Assembly (NCBI GenBank): GCA_963727105.1
Contig: CAVSEW010000001.1
Coordinates: 1,643,464 to 1,707,463, forward strand
Source of the DNA: an uncultured Solirubrobacterales bacterium
GTDB lineage: Bacteria > Actinomycetota > Thermoleophilia > Solirubrobacterales > Solirubrobacteraceae
DNA: 64,000 nt
Reading direction: 5' to 3'
Shown here: piece after piece, positions 1 to 9,308 of the stretch
Layout of the letters: each line of letters opens with the position of its first letter
Position numbering within the stretch: position 1 is the first letter of the stretch
Translations under genes and position numbers: made by a program
The notes under the pieces: generated by a model
Databases searched by the model: none
What the model saw: only the letters and a program-made list of their open reading frames with translations
Told to the model about the DNA's origin: nothing

Positions 1-678
1 TCACGTGCCGGCTCCCGACCGAGACGCGGTGCGAGCGCGTAACTCCTCGAAGAAGGCCGGGACCGCCTCCTGAAGCGCGCCGCCGCCGGAGATCCCCTCC
101 CAGCGCGACTTGATCAGCCCCACGAGCGCGTAGCACTGATCGATCGGGATGATCGCGTACTGAGGCGGCGTCGAGAGCCGGTTCACGACCAGCGCCTCGG
201 CATCGGCGTCGAGGTTGACGATGCCGGGGTTGCGCTCCACCAGCGCGTCCCACGCGGCGAGGTCGAGCTCGGACTCGGTCGCCCCGGCGGGGCTCGGATA
301 GAAGGCGAGCAGTCCGTCGCTCACGGTCGAGCGCATGAAGAAGGCAAGCCCGATTGGGATCTGAAAGCGACCCCACATCTCGTCGTCGCAGTCGAAGTCG
401 TCGAGCCAGACGGTCCGCATCCCCGAGGGGCGGTACTCCGGGTCGCCCGAGCGCAGCGCCCAGCACGCCTCGCATGCGCAGATGATCCGCCGTTCGGTGA
501 GGTGAAGCAGGTGGCGGTGGTCCTCGGGGATCGTCGTGTTGCAGAGGTCGCACCGTTCCATCGAGTTCGCCGGTCCACCGGGGCGGGTACCGGCCCCGGA
601 CTGCGCCAGCGATCGCATCCGTGCCAGCGTCTCGGCGCGTTTGCGCGCCGCGACGATCGAGTCGAGCCGGTCGCTCAC
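1..678 (-). CDS. DUF5947-like hydrogenase-cluster accessory protein with Cys/His metal-binding motif
   Basis: GTG at 678 overlaps upstream TGA (GTGA). CDLC..H.H..CACEAC motif and FYPSPAGATESEL, typical of genes downstream of group 1h hydrogenases. Confidence 0.75.
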   Translation of the reverse strand: MSDRLDSIVAARKRAETLARMRSLAQSGAGTRPGGPANSMERCDLCNTTIPEDHRHLLHLTERRIICACEACWALRSGDPEYRPSGMRTVWLDDFDCDDEMWGRFQIPIGLAFFMRSTVSDGLLAFYPSPAGATESELDLAAWDALVERNPGIVNLDADAEALVVNRLSTPPQYAIIPIDQCYALVGLIKSRWEGISGGGALQEAVPAFFEELRARTASRSGAGT

Positions 679-1553
679 AGCGCCACCCGGATACCGCCTG
701 ATTCGAGCAGCGGAACCGGAGTCAGCTGGAGCGGTTCGCTGCCGGCCGCCCGGCCCGCCCGCGGGAGATCGAACTCCACGCCGCAGGACCCGCAGCGGAG
801 CATCGGGCCCTCGAGCTCGCCGCCGTGCAGCGGGGCGCCACAGGCCGCGCACGCATCCCGGTAGGCGAGCAGCGACCCATTGACCCGCGCGATCAGCAGC
901 GGCTCACCATCGGCCGCGATCGACGTCAGCGAGCCCGGCTCGAGGCCACTGATGCCGTCGAGCGGGATCCACCGGGCCGGTGCTTGCTCGGGCTGTGGCG
1001 GCACCGGGTCCGCGCCCGAGTGGACCATCGGCAGCTCGAAGGCGCCGACCGGAGCCGTCGGCTCGGTCACGCCCTCGACCTCAAGCCCGGCCAGGTCCGG
1101 CGCGTGCTCGTCGATCGCCTGCTTGATCGCGAGCTCGAGCGTCGCCCGGGACGCCGCGCACCCGTTGCAGCTGCCCTGAAGCGCCAGGTGCGCAACCCCG
1201 GCCTCAAGCGAGAGCAGCTCGACGTTCCCGCCGTGCGACTCCATGTACGGCCGGACGGTGTCGAGCGCCTCGAGGACACGCTCCTCGAGCGCTACCGGGT
1301 ACAGGTCATGGATCAGGAGCAGGCTGGCGACGGCGCCGTCCTGTGCGAGCTGATCGAGGATCGTCGCTCCGGCCTCGCGTGAGGCCTCGATCGTCTCGAC
1401 GATCCGCGTCAGGCCGTCCCCGTACATCGCGATCACCGTCGCCACCAGCTCCTGAGCCAGCTCCCTGGCGTGAGGGTCCGCCAGCCCGTCGACAAGGTTG
1501 GACAGCTGCTGGACCCGGTCGAGGAGCTCGCCGGGAAGCGCTTCTGAGGCCAT
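675..1553 (-). CDS. NifU-like domain + C-terminal Rieske-like domain protein (hydrogenase accessory)
   Basis: VRPYMESHGGNVEL..GSCNGC NifU-C motif; C-terminal YRDACAAC..LRCGSC; ATG 8 nt after hhyL stop. Confidence 0.85.
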   Translation of the reverse strand: MASEALPGELLDRVQQLSNLVDGLADPHARELAQELVATVIAMYGDGLTRIVETIEASREAGATILDQLAQDGAVASLLLIHDLYPVALEERVLEALDTVRPYMESHGGNVELLSLEAGVAHLALQGSCNGCAASRATLELAIKQAIDEHAPDLAGLEVEGVTEPTAPVGAFELPMVHSGADPVPPQPEQAPARWIPLDGISGLEPGSLTSIAADGEPLLIARVNGSLLAYRDACAACGAPLHGGELEGPMLRCGSCGVEFDLPRAGRAAGSEPLQLTPVPLLESGGIRVAL

Positions 1554-1561
1554 GTCTAACC

Positions 1562-3340
1562 CTAACTGAGCCCAGTGGGTGTGTGAATCACCTTCCGCAC
1601 GCGGCCCTTGCCCGTGTACATGTGCACGCCGCATGGCAGACATGGGTCGAAGCTCCGCACCGCGCGCATGATGTCGATCCCCTTGAAATTCTCGGGACCG
1701 TTCTCCTCGAAGATCGGCGTGTTCTGCACCGCATCCTCGTAGGGACCGGGCGTGCCGTACGTGTCCCGCGGGCTCGCATTCCACGGGGTCGGCGGATAGG
1801 GCTGGTAGTTGGCGATCTTGCCGTCCCGGATGACCATGTGATGCGAGAGCACACCACGGGCCGCCTCGTGGAATCCGCAGCTGACGGCCTGCTCGGGAAC
1901 CGTGAACTCCTTCCAGCTCTTGGTCCGCCCCGCCCGGACCTCCTTGAGCGCCCGCTCCAGGCAGTGCAGTGCCACGAGCGCGGCGTACGCCTGGTGGTAG
2001 GAACGCGCCCGGTCACGCTCGACCGCGTTCGACTTCTCTGGCACCTTCCACTCGAGCTCCATCTCCGGCATCGCCGCCGACTTCGGGAGCACCATCTGGA
2101 TCGAGTGCCCGGTCGCCTTCAGATAGCCGAAGTCGACCAGCCCCGCCTTCGCCGTGCACCATTGGCGAGCGAACGGACCGCCACCGGTGTCACAGCACAC
2201 ATGGGTGTCCGTGCGCTTGTCGTAGACCCGCGGAGAGACGACCCAGCTGTACTTGTCGGCGAAGTCGCGCTTCTGGGGCTTGGGCAGCGTCTGCTTGTTC
2301 CACGGGTGGTTCTTGTCCACCGGGTTGCCGAGCGGGTCCTGCGTGACGTATGTCGGCTCGTTCTCCCACGAGTCGAAGTACGAGCTGCCGAGCAGGATCC
2401 GGATCATCAGGTTGATCTCGACCAGGTCGGTCGTGACCAGCTCGCCGTTGATCGCGATACCCGGGGTGATGTAGCGCTTGCGACCCCAGTCGGTCATCGT
2501 CTTGTAGTCGTAATCGACGAAGTCGGGGTCGTCGAAGCAGCCCCAGTTGACCAGGTTCGTGTCGCGGTAGCCGACCATGTCGTAGCCCGGCAGCTCCTGC
2601 AGGAAGAAGTCGTACAGGTCGTCGTGCATCGGCACGGTCCGCTTGACGTAGTCCATGTAGCGCATCAGGCGCACGTAGTAGTCGGTGAGGGTCTGATGCG
2701 TGATGTCGGCGCTGCAGCCACCCGGCATGATCGTGGACGGGTGCGTATGTCGGCCGCCGAACAGGCAGTACATCTCGCGCGTGTACCTGGCCACCTGCAG
2801 CGTCTCGAGATAGAAGCTGCCGGTGAACGGGTTCAGCGCGCGCATGATGTCGGCGATCGTCCCGTAGCCGTGGATGTCCTTGTGCGGCGCGGAGGTGTTC
2901 TCGGCCTTGGCGAGCAGGCTCGGGTTGGTGTCCTTGACCATCTGCTCGCAGAAGTCCACGTTCGCCATGCAGTCGTTGAAGATCGCGTGGTCGAACATGT
3001 AGTCGGCCGACTCGGCCAGGTTGAATGCCAGATCGCCGAGCGGCGGCGGCTTGACCGAGTAGGCCATGTTCTGGTTCAGGCACGAACACGTGCAGTGGTT
3101 GTCGCCGCAGATGCCGCAGATGCGGCTGGTGATGAAGTGCGCGTCACGCGGATCGATCCCCTTCATGAAGATGTCGAAGCCGCGGAAGATCATCGACGTG
3201 CTGTAGCACTTGAGCACCTGGTGATTGGAGAAGTCGATCTCCGTGTGGATGCCGAGGCTGCCGACGATCCGGGTGATCGGATCCCACGACATCTCCTTGA
3301 CGACGACTTTTTGTCCCGTGGTGGACTCGGTGGTGGCCAT
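1562..3340 (-). CDS. hhyL: Group 1h [NiFe]-hydrogenase large subunit
   Basis: L1 TSRICGICGDNH, L2 RSFDPCLPCGVH, N-terminal MSWDPITRIVGSLG; 592 aa. Confidence 0.95.
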   Translation of the reverse strand: MATTESTTGQKVVVKEMSWDPITRIVGSLGIHTEIDFSNHQVLKCYSTSMIFRGFDIFMKGIDPRDAHFITSRICGICGDNHCTCSCLNQNMAYSVKPPPLGDLAFNLAESADYMFDHAIFNDCMANVDFCEQMVKDTNPSLLAKAENTSAPHKDIHGYGTIADIMRALNPFTGSFYLETLQVARYTREMYCLFGGRHTHPSTIMPGGCSADITHQTLTDYYVRLMRYMDYVKRTVPMHDDLYDFFLQELPGYDMVGYRDTNLVNWGCFDDPDFVDYDYKTMTDWGRKRYITPGIAINGELVTTDLVEINLMIRILLGSSYFDSWENEPTYVTQDPLGNPVDKNHPWNKQTLPKPQKRDFADKYSWVVSPRVYDKRTDTHVCCDTGGGPFARQWCTAKAGLVDFGYLKATGHSIQMVLPKSAAMPEMELEWKVPEKSNAVERDRARSYHQAYAALVALHCLERALKEVRAGRTKSWKEFTVPEQAVSCGFHEAARGVLSHHMVIRDGKIANYQPYPPTPWNASPRDTYGTPGPYEDAVQNTPIFEENGPENFKGIDIMRAVRSFDPCLPCGVHMYTGKGRVRKVIHTPTGLS

Positions 3341-3385
3341 CTGCTCTCCTAGTGAAGACTCGTAGCGATCGGTTCTGGTGCCGGG

Positions 3386-4450
3386 TTACCAGCGCTTCTG
3401 GTAGCCGGAGGTGAGCGCCGGCCCGCGCTTGCGCCATTCGGGCTCGATGTCGAACTTCTTGTCGATGTTGCGCTTGCGGAAGTACCGAAAGACCGGTCCG
3501 TAGGTGAACTTCTGGAAAGACGCGCCGGCGTTCCCCCACGGATCCGGGTCCATGAACGGCATGTACTTGTCAGGGAAGCCGGGCATCGTGCACGCCATGC
3601 AGATGCCGCCGACGTTCGGGCAACCGCCGATTCCGTTGACCCAGCCCCGGACGGGGACGTTGCACTTCGTCACGGGGCCCTTGCAGCCGAGTTTGACCAG
3701 ACAGCGATGATCTGCTCCGTACTCCGTGGCGAAGTTGCCCTGCTCGGTGAAACCGGCCCGGTTGCATCCCTCGCGCACGGTCCGGTCGAACAACCACTTC
3801 GGCCGGAGCTGCTCGTCGAGCTCGGGCACGGGCGCCATCCCCGCGAGATGGAAGACCAGGTACATCAGGGTCTCGGTCATGTTGTCCGGCTGCGCGGGGC
3901 AGCCCGGGATGTTGATGATCGGGAGGCCGGCCTTCGACTTCCAGTTCCAGCCCAGGTAGTCGGCCACGCCCATCGCGCCGGTCGGGTTGTTCTTCATCGC
4001 GGGGATCCCGCCGTAGGTGGCGCAGGTGCCGACCGCGACGACGGCCGCCGCCTTTGGTGCCAAGCGGTCGACCCACTCGTTCAGCGTGATCGGCTGCCCG
4101 TCGGACGGGTTCACGCCGAAGCCGGTCCAGTGTCCTTCGCCGTTGATCTCCTCGTTGCCGAGTGATCCCTCGATCACCAGTACGAACGGGTCGAGCTTGC
4201 CCTGCTCCGCGTCGTACCACGCCTGGATGTACTCGTCACCGACCTCGAAGGCGATGACCTGGTTGTGGATCACGACCCGCGGCATGCCGGGGATCACGCC
4301 CTGGATGATGTCCTCGAGGCTGGGGTTGGTCGCGGTGGTCATGGCCACCGAATCGCCCTCGCACGAGAGGCCGATCGTCATCCACAGCACATGTGCGGTG
4401 ATCTGCTCCGTCTCGTGCTGCCTGGGTGCGTACTCGATTCCTGCCGCCAT
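3386..4450 (-). CDS. hhyS: Group 1h [NiFe]-hydrogenase small subunit (no Tat signal)
   Basis: GLSCEGDS, GTCATYGGIP, PGCP, CLVKLGCKGP..C..GGCPNVGGICMAC; ATG 4450 with GGAG RBS. Confidence 0.93.
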   Translation of the reverse strand: MAAGIEYAPRQHETEQITAHVLWMTIGLSCEGDSVAMTTATNPSLEDIIQGVIPGMPRVVIHNQVIAFEVGDEYIQAWYDAEQGKLDPFVLVIEGSLGNEEINGEGHWTGFGVNPSDGQPITLNEWVDRLAPKAAAVVAVGTCATYGGIPAMKNNPTGAMGVADYLGWNWKSKAGLPIINIPGCPAQPDNMTETLMYLVFHLAGMAPVPELDEQLRPKWLFDRTVREGCNRAGFTEQGNFATEYGADHRCLVKLGCKGPVTKCNVPVRGWVNGIGGCPNVGGICMACTMPGFPDKYMPFMDPDPWGNAGASFQKFTYGPVFRYFRKRNIDKKFDIEPEWRKRGPALTSGYQKRW

Positions 4451-4470
4451 CGATGCTCCTCTCTGAACAC

Positions 4471-5574
4471 TCAACAGATCCGCGGAAGCGGATCCCCAAC
4501 CAGCTGATCCATCACCCTCCTGCCGCCAAAGCTCGTCTCGACCAGCACCATCCCGGGCGGCTTCTGCCGCACCTCGCCGATCGCCGCGGCCTGCTCGCAT
4601 CCTGGAACCGCCCTCAACACCCTGAGCGCATCCTGACTCGCCTCCGGCGTGACGAATGCGACCAGGCGGCCCTCGTTGGCCACGTACATCGGATCGATGC
4701 CGAGCAGCTCGGCGGCCGCCGCTACGACCGGCGTCACCGGGACGTCGGCTTCGCGGACGACGACCGAGACGCCCGAGGCGCGGGCGAGCTCGTTCAGGAC
4801 CGAGGCGACGCCCCCGCGCGTCGCGTCCCGCATGCAGTGAAGCTCCTCGCCCGCCGCGCCGAGCAGCGCATCGACGGCCGGCCATAGCGAGCACGTGTCC
4901 GACTCGATCTCGGCGTCGAGCTCGAACTGGTTGCGGGCCAGCATGATCGCTGTCCCGTGCTCGCCGATCGGGCCGGAGACGAGGATGTGGTCGCCGGGCC
5001 GCAGGCCGGACGGCGAGACCTGCGCGCGCGGGTCGACGGCGCCGACCCCGGTCGTGCACAGGTACATGCCATCGGCCGCACCTCGCTCCACGACCTTGGT
5101 GTCGCCGGCGACGACCTCCACCCCGGCCTCCCGCGCCGCCATGGCGATCGCCTCCACCTCGGCCCGCAGGGCCTCTGCGCTCAGGCCCTCCTCGAGGATC
5201 ATCGACACGGTGATCGCGACCGGCCGCGCGCCCGACACGGCCAGGTCGTTGACCGTCCCGTTGACTGCGAGCTCGCCGATCGAGCCGCCAGGGAAGCGGA
5301 GGGGCTTGACCACGAAGCTGTCCGTGGTCATCGCCAGCGTGGCGCCGTCGATGCTGACCGCGCCCGCGTCGCCCAGCGCCGACAACGTCCCCTCCGCCTC
5401 GGCCAGCGCCGGGACGAGGAGGCCCTCGATCAACGTTTGACTCGCCTTACCGCCTGCGCCGTGGGCGAGCGTCACCTGCTCATCACGGAAGCGCGGCCGT
5501 TTGGAGCGCGCGGTCTCGATGATCGCGATCACGCGCTGCTCGCGGCCGCTGGTGGCGGAATCCGACGGGGTCAT
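4471..5574 (-). CDS. hypE: Hydrogenase maturation carbamoyl dehydratase
   Basis: HGAGG, TTDSFVV, GDTKVVE, RDATRGG, C-terminal PRIC; ATGA overlap with hypD. Confidence 0.95.
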   Translation of the reverse strand: MTPSDSATSGREQRVIAIIETARSKRPRFRDEQVTLAHGAGGKASQTLIEGLLVPALAEAEGTLSALGDAGAVSIDGATLAMTTDSFVVKPLRFPGGSIGELAVNGTVNDLAVSGARPVAITVSMILEEGLSAEALRAEVEAIAMAAREAGVEVVAGDTKVVERGAADGMYLCTTGVGAVDPRAQVSPSGLRPGDHILVSGPIGEHGTAIMLARNQFELDAEIESDTCSLWPAVDALLGAAGEELHCMRDATRGGVASVLNELARASGVSVVVREADVPVTPVVAAAAELLGIDPMYVANEGRLVAFVTPEASQDALRVLRAVPGCEQAAAIGEVRQKPPGMVLVETSFGGRRVMDQLVGDPLPRIC

Positions 5575-6686
5575 ACCGCCTCCCGCTCGCGAGCGAACCG
5601 GCCGTAGTTGTAGTACGCCGCGCACGCCCCCTCGGGCGAGACCATGCAGGTCCCGATCGCGTGCTCGGGGGTGCAGGCGGTGCCGAACACCTTGCACTCC
5701 CACGGCTTGATCACCCCTTTGAGAACCTCGCCGCACTGGCACGCCTTTGGATCCGCAACGCGAACGCCCGGAACCGGGAAGCGCCGCTCCGCGTCGAAGT
5801 CCGCGTATGCGTCCGACAGTCGCAGAGCACTCTGCGAGATGAATCCCAGCCCACGCCATTCGAAGTGGGGCCGCAGCTCGAACACCTCGGCCATCACCTC
5901 AAGCGCGCGCAGATTCCCCTCCCTGGGGACGACCCGCGTGTATTGGTTCTCGACCTCGCACCGCCCGTCCGTAAGCTGGCGGAGGATCATCAGGACCGAT
6001 TGCAGGATGTCGAGCGGCTCGAAGCCCGAGATCACGACCGGCCGCCCGTAGTCGGCCGGAATGAACTCGAACGGCCGCCCGCCCACGACCGTGCACACGT
6101 GACCCGGCCCGATGAAGCCGTCGAGCCGAAGGTCAGGGGACTCGAGCAGCGCCCGCAACGGCGGCACGATCGTGACGTGATTGCAGACGCACGAGAAGTT
6201 CTTGATCCCCTCTGCCTTTGCGCGCTTCAGGGTCAGCGCGGTGGACGGCGCGGTCGTTTCGAAGCCGATGGCGAAGAACACGACCTCTCGGTCGGGGTTC
6301 TCCCGCGCGATGCGAAGCGCGTCCAGCGGCGAGTAGACCATCCGCACGTCTGCGCCCTGGGCCTTGGCGTCGAGCAGCGTGTACTCGGAGCCCGGGACTC
6401 GCAGCATGTCGCCGAAGCAGGTGAAGATCACGCCGTCGTTGCGGGCGACGGCGATGCCGTCGTCGACGCGGCCCATCGGGATCACGCACACGGGGCATCC
6501 GGGGCCGTGGACCAGCTCGACGTTGGACGGGAGCAGGTCGTCGATCCCATATTTGTAGATCGAGTGGGTGTGACCGCCACACACCTCCATCACCTTGTAG
6601 TGACGGCCCGGCTCGAGCTCGGCGAGGATCTCGCCCGCCAGCACCTGGCCGAGCTGGGCATCGCGGAACTCGTCGACGAACTTCAT
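5571..6686 (-). CDS. hypD: Hydrogenase maturation protein
   Basis: MEVCGGHT, GPGCPVC, GFETT, PGHV, CMVSPEGAC motifs. Confidence 0.97.
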   Translation of the reverse strand: MKFVDEFRDAQLGQVLAGEILAELEPGRHYKVMEVCGGHTHSIYKYGIDDLLPSNVELVHGPGCPVCVIPMGRVDDGIAVARNDGVIFTCFGDMLRVPGSEYTLLDAKAQGADVRMVYSPLDALRIARENPDREVVFFAIGFETTAPSTALTLKRAKAEGIKNFSCVCNHVTIVPPLRALLESPDLRLDGFIGPGHVCTVVGGRPFEFIPADYGRPVVISGFEPLDILQSVLMILRQLTDGRCEVENQYTRVVPREGNLRALEVMAEVFELRPHFEWRGLGFISQSALRLSDAYADFDAERRFPVPGVRVADPKACQCGEVLKGVIKPWECKVFGTACTPEHAIGTCMVSPEGACAAYYNYGRFAREREAV

Positions 6687-6919
6687 CCCCGCACACCCCC
6701 GAGATGCTGGATCGCGACGCCGGCATGCACGAGCAGCTCGTCGCCAATCGCAACCGGCTCCACCAGGTCGGTAGCAACCCGGTGGCGCGCGCGGTCCCCG
6801 TCCGCGCAGACGGCCAGGCCGTCGCTGAGCTCCATGACCCGCATCGCGATCCCCTCATCGCTGCACGTGATGCAGTGCTCCTCGCCGACGCGGCACTCCG
6901 CCACCGAGCGTTCCGTCAC
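6683..6919 (-). CDS. HypC/HybG/HupF-family paralog with atypical N-terminus
   Basis: C-terminal GDELLVHAGVAI HypC motif; N-terminal C-x6-CITC; overlaps both neighbours by 4 nt. Confidence 0.8.
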   Translation of the reverse strand: MTERSVAECRVGEEHCITCSDEGIAMRVMELSDGLAVCADGDRARHRVATDLVEPVAIGDELLVHAGVAIQHLGGVRG

Positions 6920-7194
6920 TCGATCACGCTCGCCTTCAGCTCCTCGAGCTCCTGCTCGTAATCAGCGCCCATCTGCTCGAGGAGTCGCAGGGTGGCGTGC
7001 GCCTCCTCCTCGTCGACCTTCGACAGAGCGAACCCAACGTGAATCAGCACCCAGTCACCCGGCTGTGCGCCGCCGTTGTCGTCTGCGAGGAGGCTCACGT
7101 TGATGTTCCGGCGCACACCGACGACATCGACCTTCGCAATCTGGTTGCCGGGATCGACCAGCTCGACTACCTGCCCAGGTATCGCCAAGCACAT
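6916..7194 (-). CDS. hypC: Hydrogenase assembly chaperone
   Basis: MCLAIPG N-terminus, GDWVLIHVGFA; GGAG RBS upstream. Confidence 0.95.
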   Translation of the reverse strand: MCLAIPGQVVELVDPGNQIAKVDVVGVRRNINVSLLADDNGGAQPGDWVLIHVGFALSKVDEEEAHATLRLLEQMGADYEQELEELKASVIE

Positions 7195-7317
7195 GAGCCC
7201 GTCTCTCCCTCCGATCGGAAGTGCCGTTACGCAGCTCGGACCGCCCGGCCCACACGGCCACGGGCGCCGTTCTATCACTGTGGACGGCGCCCCGCCAGTC
7301 GCTGTAAGGCAAGTGAC

Positions 7318-7333
7318 GGTAATCCGCATTACC
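7318..7333. promoter_or_regulatory. Perfect inverted repeat GGTAAT-N4-ATTACC, candidate operator between divergent hypC and crp/fnr
   Basis: Seen directly in an AT-enriched patch of the intergenic region; function inferred. Confidence 0.45.
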
Positions 7334-7410
7334 AACATATGTGGCGTTTGGCACCCGGCTTAGACTCTTGCCCGGGACTGGCCCGGTTCCAGCAGGAGAG
7401 AGGCGGAAAG

Positions 7411-8244
7411 GTGGAGAGCGACGGCGAGCGCAGCATCGGCAGGACGGACCCGAGCCCGTCGCGCTGGCGCCCCCGGCCACGCTCCCGCCCGAGCTCCTTC
7501 CGCTATCTGTTCGACCTCGACGTCGATCTGGCCGACGAGCTCGACGTCAGGATGCGAATGGTCGCCCGCCCGGCTGTTACCGCGATGACCTTCGACGCCG
7601 ACCCCGGCGAGGTGGGGCTCGGGCAGTGGCTGACCGCGTCGGCCGGCGGTCCAGGGGTGCTCGTGCTCGACGGGGTGCTGGCGATCAACATGAGGGTCGG
7701 CGACCGTGTCGCGGCAGAGCTGATCGGCGCGGGCGACGTGCTCCAGCCCTGGCAGGGCGACGACGAGGAGCTGCTCGTGTGCGACATCGGCTGGCGGGCG
7801 CTGCTGCCCTCGCGCTTCGCGCTCCTCGACGAGGGCTTCGCGCATCGCGTCCATCCCTGGCCCAAGATCACCGAGGCGCTGCTGAGGCGTGCGAGCAAGC
7901 GCACGCGACGGTTGAACGTCCAGCGCGCGATCTCCGCCCAGCCGCGCCTCGAGGTTCGCCTCGCGCTGCTGCTGTGGCATCTAGCGGCTCGATGGGGCAA
8001 GGTCGAACCCGGGGGAATCCGCCTCCCGATCCCACTCACCCATCAGCTCCTCGGCCGGCTTGTCGCGGCCGAGCGCCCATCGGTGTCTCACGCGCTGTCC
8101 CGCCTCGCCAATGCCGGCGTGATCAGCGGCCACGGCGACGAGTGGCACCTGTACGGCACCCTCCAGGAACAGCTCGCGTCGATGACCGAGCCCGAGCGCA
8201 GCCGCGTCCAGCAGCTGGTCGCAGCTGCCGTGAAGCAGAGCTGA
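7411..8244 (+). CDS. Crp/Fnr family transcriptional regulator
   Basis: cNMP-like beta-roll (LVLDGVL..ELIGAGD), RLALLLW helix, HTH LTHQLLGRLVAAERPSVSHALSRL; GTG after purine-rich RBS (start approximate). Confidence 0.85.
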   Translation: MESDGERSIGRTDPSPSRWRPRPRSRPSSFRYLFDLDVDLADELDVRMRMVARPAVTAMTFDADPGEVGLGQWLTASAGGPGVLVLDGVLAINMRVGDRVAAELIGAGDVLQPWQGDDEELLVCDIGWRALLPSRFALLDEGFAHRVHPWPKITEALLRRASKRTRRLNVQRAISAQPRLEVRLALLLWHLAARWGKVEPGGIRLPIPLTHQLLGRLVAAERPSVSHALSRLANAGVISGHGDEWHLYGTLQEQLASMTEPERSRVQQLVAAAVKQS

Positions 8245-9302
8245 TGCGCCCGATCGAGTTCGCGCCGGGACAGGACCGCGTCGAGTCGCAGGTGATTCAC
8301 GTCATCTGGCTGACCAGCGGGCTAGGCTGCGATGGAGACTCGGTTGCGATGACCGCGGCGACCGCGCCGAGCATCGAGGACCTGCTCCGCGGCGTCCTGC
8401 CAGGCACGCCGCGGCTCGCGATCTACAACCCGATGCTCGCCTTCGAGAGCGGCGACGAGTTCGTCGCGGCCTTCCGCAGAGCCGCGGCGGGCGAGCTCGA
8501 TCCGTTCATCCTCGTGTTGGAGGGCTCGGTCCCAAACGAGCAGATCAACGGCGAGGGCCATTGGGCCGCTTTCGGCGTCGATCCGGACACTGGCCAGCCG
8601 ATCCCGACGTGCACCTGGATCGACTGGCTCGCGCCGCGGGCCGCGGCCGTGCTGGCGCTGGGCACCTGTGCCGCCTACGGCGGGATTCCCGCGATGCGCG
8701 GAAACCCCACCGGAGCGATGGGCCTGCGCGACTACGTTGGGTCCGGGTGGAGCTCCAGGCTCGGGCTGCCGATCGTCAACCTGCCCGGCTGTCCGGTCCA
8801 GCCCGACAACATCACCGAGCTGCTCCTCGAGCTGGCCCTGTGCGTCGCGGGCGTCCAGCAGCCCCCGGAGCTCGACGAGCAGGGGCGCCCCGTACGGCTG
8901 TTCACGCGGACCGTCCAGGAGAGCTGCGGCCGGGCTGGGTTCGCCGAGCAGGGCGAGTTCGCCGAGACGCCGGCCGACCGGCGCGGCTGCCTGGTCAAGC
9001 TCGGCTGCAAGGGGCCGGTGGTCAAGTGCAACGTGCCGGTGCGCGGCTGGGTCGGCGGGGTGGGCGGCTGCCCGAACGTCGGGGGCATCTGCGTGGCGTG
9101 CACGATGCCCGGCTTCCCGGACAAGTTCATGCCGTTCATTGAGCCGAGCGGAATCGGCCTGGTGGCCGCTGCAGGAGCACGCTTCACCTACGGTCCGGTG
9201 ATGCGGAACCTGCGCTCCCGGGCGATCCGGCATCGCTTCGACCGTGAGCCGCACTGGCGGCGCACCGGCGAGCTGGCCACCGGCTATCAACCGAAGTGGT
9301 GA
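8244..9302 (+). CDS. Second (orphan) group 1h-type hydrogenase small subunit
   Basis: GLGCDGDS, GTCAAYGGIP, PGCP, CLVKLGCKGP..GGCPNVGGICVAC; ATG overlaps regulator stop (TGATG). Confidence 0.92.
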   Translation: MRPIEFAPGQDRVESQVIHVIWLTSGLGCDGDSVAMTAATAPSIEDLLRGVLPGTPRLAIYNPMLAFESGDEFVAAFRRAAAGELDPFILVLEGSVPNEQINGEGHWAAFGVDPDTGQPIPTCTWIDWLAPRAAAVLALGTCAAYGGIPAMRGNPTGAMGLRDYVGSGWSSRLGLPIVNLPGCPVQPDNITELLLELALCVAGVQQPPELDEQGRPVRLFTRTVQESCGRAGFAEQGEFAETPADRRGCLVKLGCKGPVVKCNVPVRGWVGGVGGCPNVGGICVACTMPGFPDKFMPFIEPSGIGLVAAAGARFTYGPVMRNLRSRAIRHRFDREPHWRRTGELATGYQPKW

Positions 9303-9308
9303 TCGGCC

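Noticed and set aside
1562-3340. [NiFeSe] or sensory group 2 hydrogenase
   Set aside because: All four ligands are Cys codons and the motifs match group 1h.
1343-3352. 669-aa plus-strand ORF, and similar long ORFs at 50003-52525 and 5661-7103
   Set aside because: Antisense shadows of hhyL, recJ and hypD; typical of high-GC DNA, with no recognisable motifs.
7303-7318. CRP-box-like TGTAA-N6-TGACG
   Set aside because: Three mismatches to TGTGA-N6-TCACA, and the regulator lacks the CRP RE recognition pair.
6997-9302. Crp-small subunit fusion by frameshift
   Set aside because: Clean TGATG stop/start junction and the small subunit has its own N-terminus matching HhyS, so two genes.
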